This document shows, one piece after another, positions 60,742-64,000 of a DNA stretch of 64,000 nt. A program made the position numbers and the translations under genes. The DNA lies in NCBI GenBank assembly GCA_050633305.1, contig JBOEGF010000006.1, positions 106,480-170,479 on the forward strand, read 5' to 3'. The DNA comes from Nannocystales bacterium. Its GTDB lineage: Bacteria > Myxococcota_A > Polyangia > Nannocystales > Nannocystaceae. A model generated the notes under the pieces. The model searched no databases. It had not been told where the DNA came from and was given only the letters and a program-made list of their open reading frames with translations. Positions within the stretch are counted from its first letter, which is position 1. The number at the start of each line of letters is the position of its first letter.

Positions 60742-60758
60742 TGGGTTTGCGGGAAGCC

Positions 60759-63700
60759 CTACTCCTGGTTCGCCAGAACGATAGCCGAGTCGATGCCGAC
60801 GGCGCGGTCCGGACCGTTGCCCTGGACCAGGAACATGATCCAGCCGTCGGAGCGGAAGTGCGGGAACAGAGCCCGAGTGCCCTCGGGCATGTCGGTGATC
60901 TGATGGGTCTCCATCGTGACCAGGTCGGTCAGGTAGAGGTTCGCGGTCCCGTTCTCGTAGGTGTGGGTGACCGAGAAGCGCTCATCGAAGCTGATGTTCG
61001 CCTTGGCTCCCGGAGCACACACGAAGCGCACGGGCTGGCTGATGCTGATGTCGTAGGACCCGCCGGAGGGCGAGGCCTGCACACGACGGTACATGTAGCC
61101 GAGCGCGGTGCCGTTGGGTCCGGCGAACCGGCTGACGACCATGCGACCGGACGGCGAAAGCACGGAGTCGCCCTCGTAGGGTGACGCCACGTCGATGGCT
61201 TCCTTCTGGTCCCAACCGCTTCCGTCGAACACGAGCGGGCTGAACTTCATCTCCGAGCCTTCATCGAACCCGGCATTGGGATCGCTGTCGCCCGAACCGG
61301 GGTCCGAGGTGAACTGCGAGTTGATGATGAAGTAGTCGCCGCCGTCGAGGTCCACCGCGACGTGCTGGTACAGGTTGATGCCCTCGGCATTGCTGCAACC
61401 GGGCTCGGTGAAGTCGATGCCGCCTTCGATGGCATCGGCGTCGGTCAGCACCGACTGCCCGCAGAGCCCCGCGCCGGAGCCCTGCATGATGAAGCCCTTG
61501 TTGTTCGAGAAGAACCCAGGGTCGTACGAGCCGCGCACACCGATGTCGCGTCCTGCGATGAGGTCGGTCACCGTTGCGCTGAAGTTGGTGTCGCCTCCGC
61601 CGCCACCGTTTCCGATGAAACGGCCATCTGCGCTGGTACGCATCCAGTAGCTGGTGTCGAAGTCAAACTCCGCGACGACGACATCGGTGTCGGCGGCTCG
61701 GACCGAGAAGCCAGCGCGGTCAAAGCCGTCGAAGCAACCGGTGCCGTCCGTGCCGTCGCAGCCGTACATGTTGATGCCGTCCTCGACGTTGCGGGCGTGC
61801 CAGCCCTCGAACTCCATGTCCTCGAGGTGCGTCTGGAACCAGGAGTCGTTCGCCGGGACGCCGTTGTTGCCCAGACCCGCGAACGCGTTGACGTCGGCAC
61901 AGGTCTCGGGGCGAGGCGCCTCGGGCATGACAGCTTCGAGGTTGGCGACGTCCTCGTCGACGAACCATTTGATGACCGTCGCGAACTCTTCTGCGGAGAA
62001 CGGAGGGTGGCTTCCCTTGGGCATGCTGACCCGAGCGAGGAACCCAGCGTATGCAATCGCCCCCTCTGCTCCGAAGGCCTTGTCGAACAGCTTCCGGAAG
62101 TAGGGGAACTGTGCGCCGGCCGAGAACACGCCGATCTTGAACGGAGCGAACACCGAGTTGGGGTTGCTCGAGTCCTTGCGCATGTAGTTGACGAGGTCCA
62201 TCGCCTGCTGTTGCGAGTACTCGTCGGGGTCTTCGGTCAGGTTGATACCGGCGGAAATCGCAGCGTTCGTGCGCTCCAGCCATTCACCGCCAACGTTGTA
62301 GCGGGACATCGCGTGGCACTCGGAGCAACGCCGGTTCTGGTCGACCTCGTTGTTGGACTCGTCGAGGTACCGGGCGCCGATTGCTGCCAGCGCTGCGCGA
62401 GCAAGCTCGGGACCGGTGGTCTCGATAGTGGGCAGCTCCGTCGGGTCGCCGGGCTCGGTGGGCGCGTCTTCCCAAATGCAGGCAGGGTCGTCCTCGTTGG
62501 CGGCGCACTCCATCATGAATGCGACTGCGCTGGCGTACTCAGAACCGGCCCACTCATCCTCGTTGAGGACTTCTCCGGCATTCGGAGGCATCCAGAACAC
62601 ATCCTCGAAGCCCTGGTGAGACTCCGTGACCTTCGCTGCCCAACCCGCGTCTCCGCCGACCATCCGATCCAGCCATGGGCCGGTTGCGAAGTTGGCTCCG
62701 TTGCCCTCCGGGTGGCTGTCGCCGCGAATCTCCGAGGGGCTAATCCACTGCCCGAAGTTCATCGCGTGGCAGGACGTGCACGCGCCAGCCTCTTCCGAGA
62801 CGAGACGCTTCGGAATCGTCCATCCTTGGTCGTTCTGATCGACCAGCGAGTAGGGCTGGTTGTAGCCCTCGACATAGTCCGGGTGTTCGCCCAACGCGGG
62901 GACAACGGGGGTACCGTCCGGACGCTTTGCCGTGTGAATCCAGGGCGTCCCGATGAACGCGCTGCTGTCGTGGCAGCCCGCGCAAGCGATTCCGGTGTTC
63001 GATCCACCCTCCGGTTTCGCGCCCCAAAGCACGTTGCCCTGCGGTGAGACGTCGGACTCGACCGTGTCGCCGGGCCAAGGGACTTCGGTTCCCTTGGAGT
63101 CACGCGTAAGGTTGGCGTTCGATCCGCGGAGCTGGTTCTGGAAGAAACACGTTTTTCCCGTGAACGGGTTGTGCCCGATCATCGCGATGTCGTTGTAGCG
63201 GCCCTCTTCCTCCAACGACTTGCGGCAAAGCAGGACCCATGAGGTTCCCTCGTCGTTGCGCGCGCTCTGAACACGTGGACCGTTCGCACCGGTCCGGGCG
63301 TCGGGCTCGCAATGGCTATAGATGTACTGCGGCTCGTCGCACTGGTCGACGTAGCTGTCGGACGGCTCACCGTCGACGTTCGTCTGAATCGGCGTGCCGT
63401 TGAGACAGCTTGCCATCTCGTAGTCCCCAGGACTGCCTTCGACCGCCGGGAACAGCGGGTTGGGGCCGAGTTCCTCTTCGCACGCCTGGGCATACGCGCT
63501 GTTCGACTCGATGCGGACACCATCGTCATCCGCGTCGAACTTGCCATTCTCCCCGATCAGGTCGAGCGCCTGGTTGAGGGAATACCGAGCCTGGTGCAGA
63601 AGCTCGCCGCCGTTGGAGATGCACACCTCGGCGTAGAAGGTCGCCTCGAGCCGCGACTGCAGCTCCTCGGGAGTCTCGCCGCGCAACGCGGCCGGGGAGC

Positions 63701-64000
63701 TGGGGACCTCGAACATGTCCTCCGTGATGCTCTGCCCGCCGTAGATCAAGCTGCCGCGGGACCCGTAGGTCGGGATCCCGGACATCTCGCTGGCACAATC
63801 CAGGGCGTCTCCTTCAGCCAGGCTGCGAATCCGGACGTGCAGCTTCTCGCCGCCGCCGAGCTCGCGGTTGAGCTGAACGACCAGCTCGCTGCGCGCTTCG
63901 TCGAAGCCGAGCTGGCTTTCGAGCGGGCCGCCGCCTCCGCCGTTGTCGTTTCCGCAGGCAGCCGCGGTGCTCAGCAGGCTGAGGCCTGCGATCACCTTCA
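60759..64000 (-). CDS. Paralogous triheme cytochrome/beta-propeller lipoprotein (start just outside the window)
   Basis: Collinear with 56408-60214 (e.g. EPQYIYSHCEPDARTGANGPRVQSA identical); CAGCH, CTSCH, CSECH; lacks the Cys-rich tail. Confidence 0.87.
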   Translation of the reverse strand, partial: KVIAGLSLLSTAAACGNDNGGGGGPLESQLGFDEARSELVVQLNRELGGGEKLHVRIRSLAEGDALDCASEMSGIPTYGSRGSLIYGGQSITEDMFEVPSSPAALRGETPEELQSRLEATFYAEVCISNGGELLHQARYSLNQALDLIGENGKFDADDDGVRIESNSAYAQACEEELGPNPLFPAVEGSPGDYEMASCLNGTPIQTNVDGEPSDSYVDQCDEPQYIYSHCEPDARTGANGPRVQSARNDEGTSWVLLCRKSLEEEGRYNDIAMIGHNPFTGKTCFFQNQLRGSNANLTRDSKGTEVPWPGDTVESDVSPQGNVLWGAKPEGGSNTGIACAGCHDSSAFIGTPWIHTAKRPDGTPVVPALGEHPDYVEGYNQPYSLVDQNDQGWTIPKRLVSEEAGACTSCHAMNFGQWISPSEIRGDSHPEGNGANFATGPWLDRMVGGDAGWAAKVTESHQGFEDVFWMPPNAGEVLNEDEWAGSEYASAVAFMMECAANEDDPACIWEDAPTEPGDPTELPTIETTGPELARAALAAIGARYLDESNNEVDQNRRCSECHAMSRYNVGGEWLERTNAAISAGINLTEDPDEYSQQQAMDLVNYMRKDSSNPNSVFAPFKIGVFSAGAQFPYFRKLFDKAFGAEGAIAYAGFLARVSMPKGSHPPFSAEEFATVIKWFVDEDVANLEAVMPEAPRPETCADVNAFAGLGNNGVPANDSWFQTHLEDMEFEGWHARNVEDGINMYGCDGTDGTGCFDGFDRAGFSVRAADTDVVVAEFDFDTSYWMRTSADGRFIGNGGGGGDTNFSATVTDLIAGRDIGVRGSYDPGFFSNNKGFIMQGSGAGLCGQSVLTDADAIEGGIDFTEPGCSNAEGINLYQHVAVDLDGGDYFIINSQFTSDPGSGDSDPNAGFDEGSEMKFSPLVFDGSGWDQKEAIDVASPYEGDSVLSPSGRMVVSRFAGPNGTALGYMYRRVQASPSGGSYDISISQPVRFVCAPGAKANISFDERFSVTHTYENGTANLYLTDLVTMETHQITDMPEGTRALFPHFRSDGWIMFLVQGNGPDRAVGIDSAIVLANQE

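Noticed and set aside
60215..60758. Riboswitch or ncRNA in the 540-bp gap between the paralogs
   Set aside because: No recognisable aptamer consensus by eye; only a terminator is supported. An Rfam search would be needed.

Overview
GC-rich bacterial chromosomal segment. The gene content (TIGR04563-like small protein, Cys-rich acidic lipoproteins, membrane Ser/Thr kinase, fused ECF sigma factors) points to Myxococcota, probably a Nannocystales-like myxobacterium; this taxonomy is an inference. Housekeeping blocks are yceD-rpmF-plsX-fabD, rpsT, holA, an rlmD-like gene, a thiolase-hbd-crt-ACAD operon, tRNA-Met, dksA-like, mlaEFD and pgk-tpiA-secG-dapF. They are interleaved with many uncharacterised envelope proteins. 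The most notable items are: (1) a ~13 kb run of co-oriented lipoprotein genes, including two tandem paralogous >1000-aa triheme/beta-propeller cytochromes and a diheme cytochrome, four of them sharing a GKxD motif; (2) a bacterial lipoprotein with an ERG2/sigma-1 receptor (sterol C8 isomerase-like) domain; (3) two adjacent acyl-CoA dehydrogenases with complementary motif losses, suggesting a heteromeric enzyme; (4) a metal-response cluster (CorE-like Cys-rich ECF sigma, Fur/Zur, MerC-like, His-rich lipoprotein with operator palindromes); (5) a 1237-aa aromatic beta-repeat exported protein; (6) a duplicated 101-bp multi-hairpin element. No transposase, integrase, rRNA or CRISPR array was seen. 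Family calls come from motif recognition by eye with no database search, and many start codons were re-picked manually.
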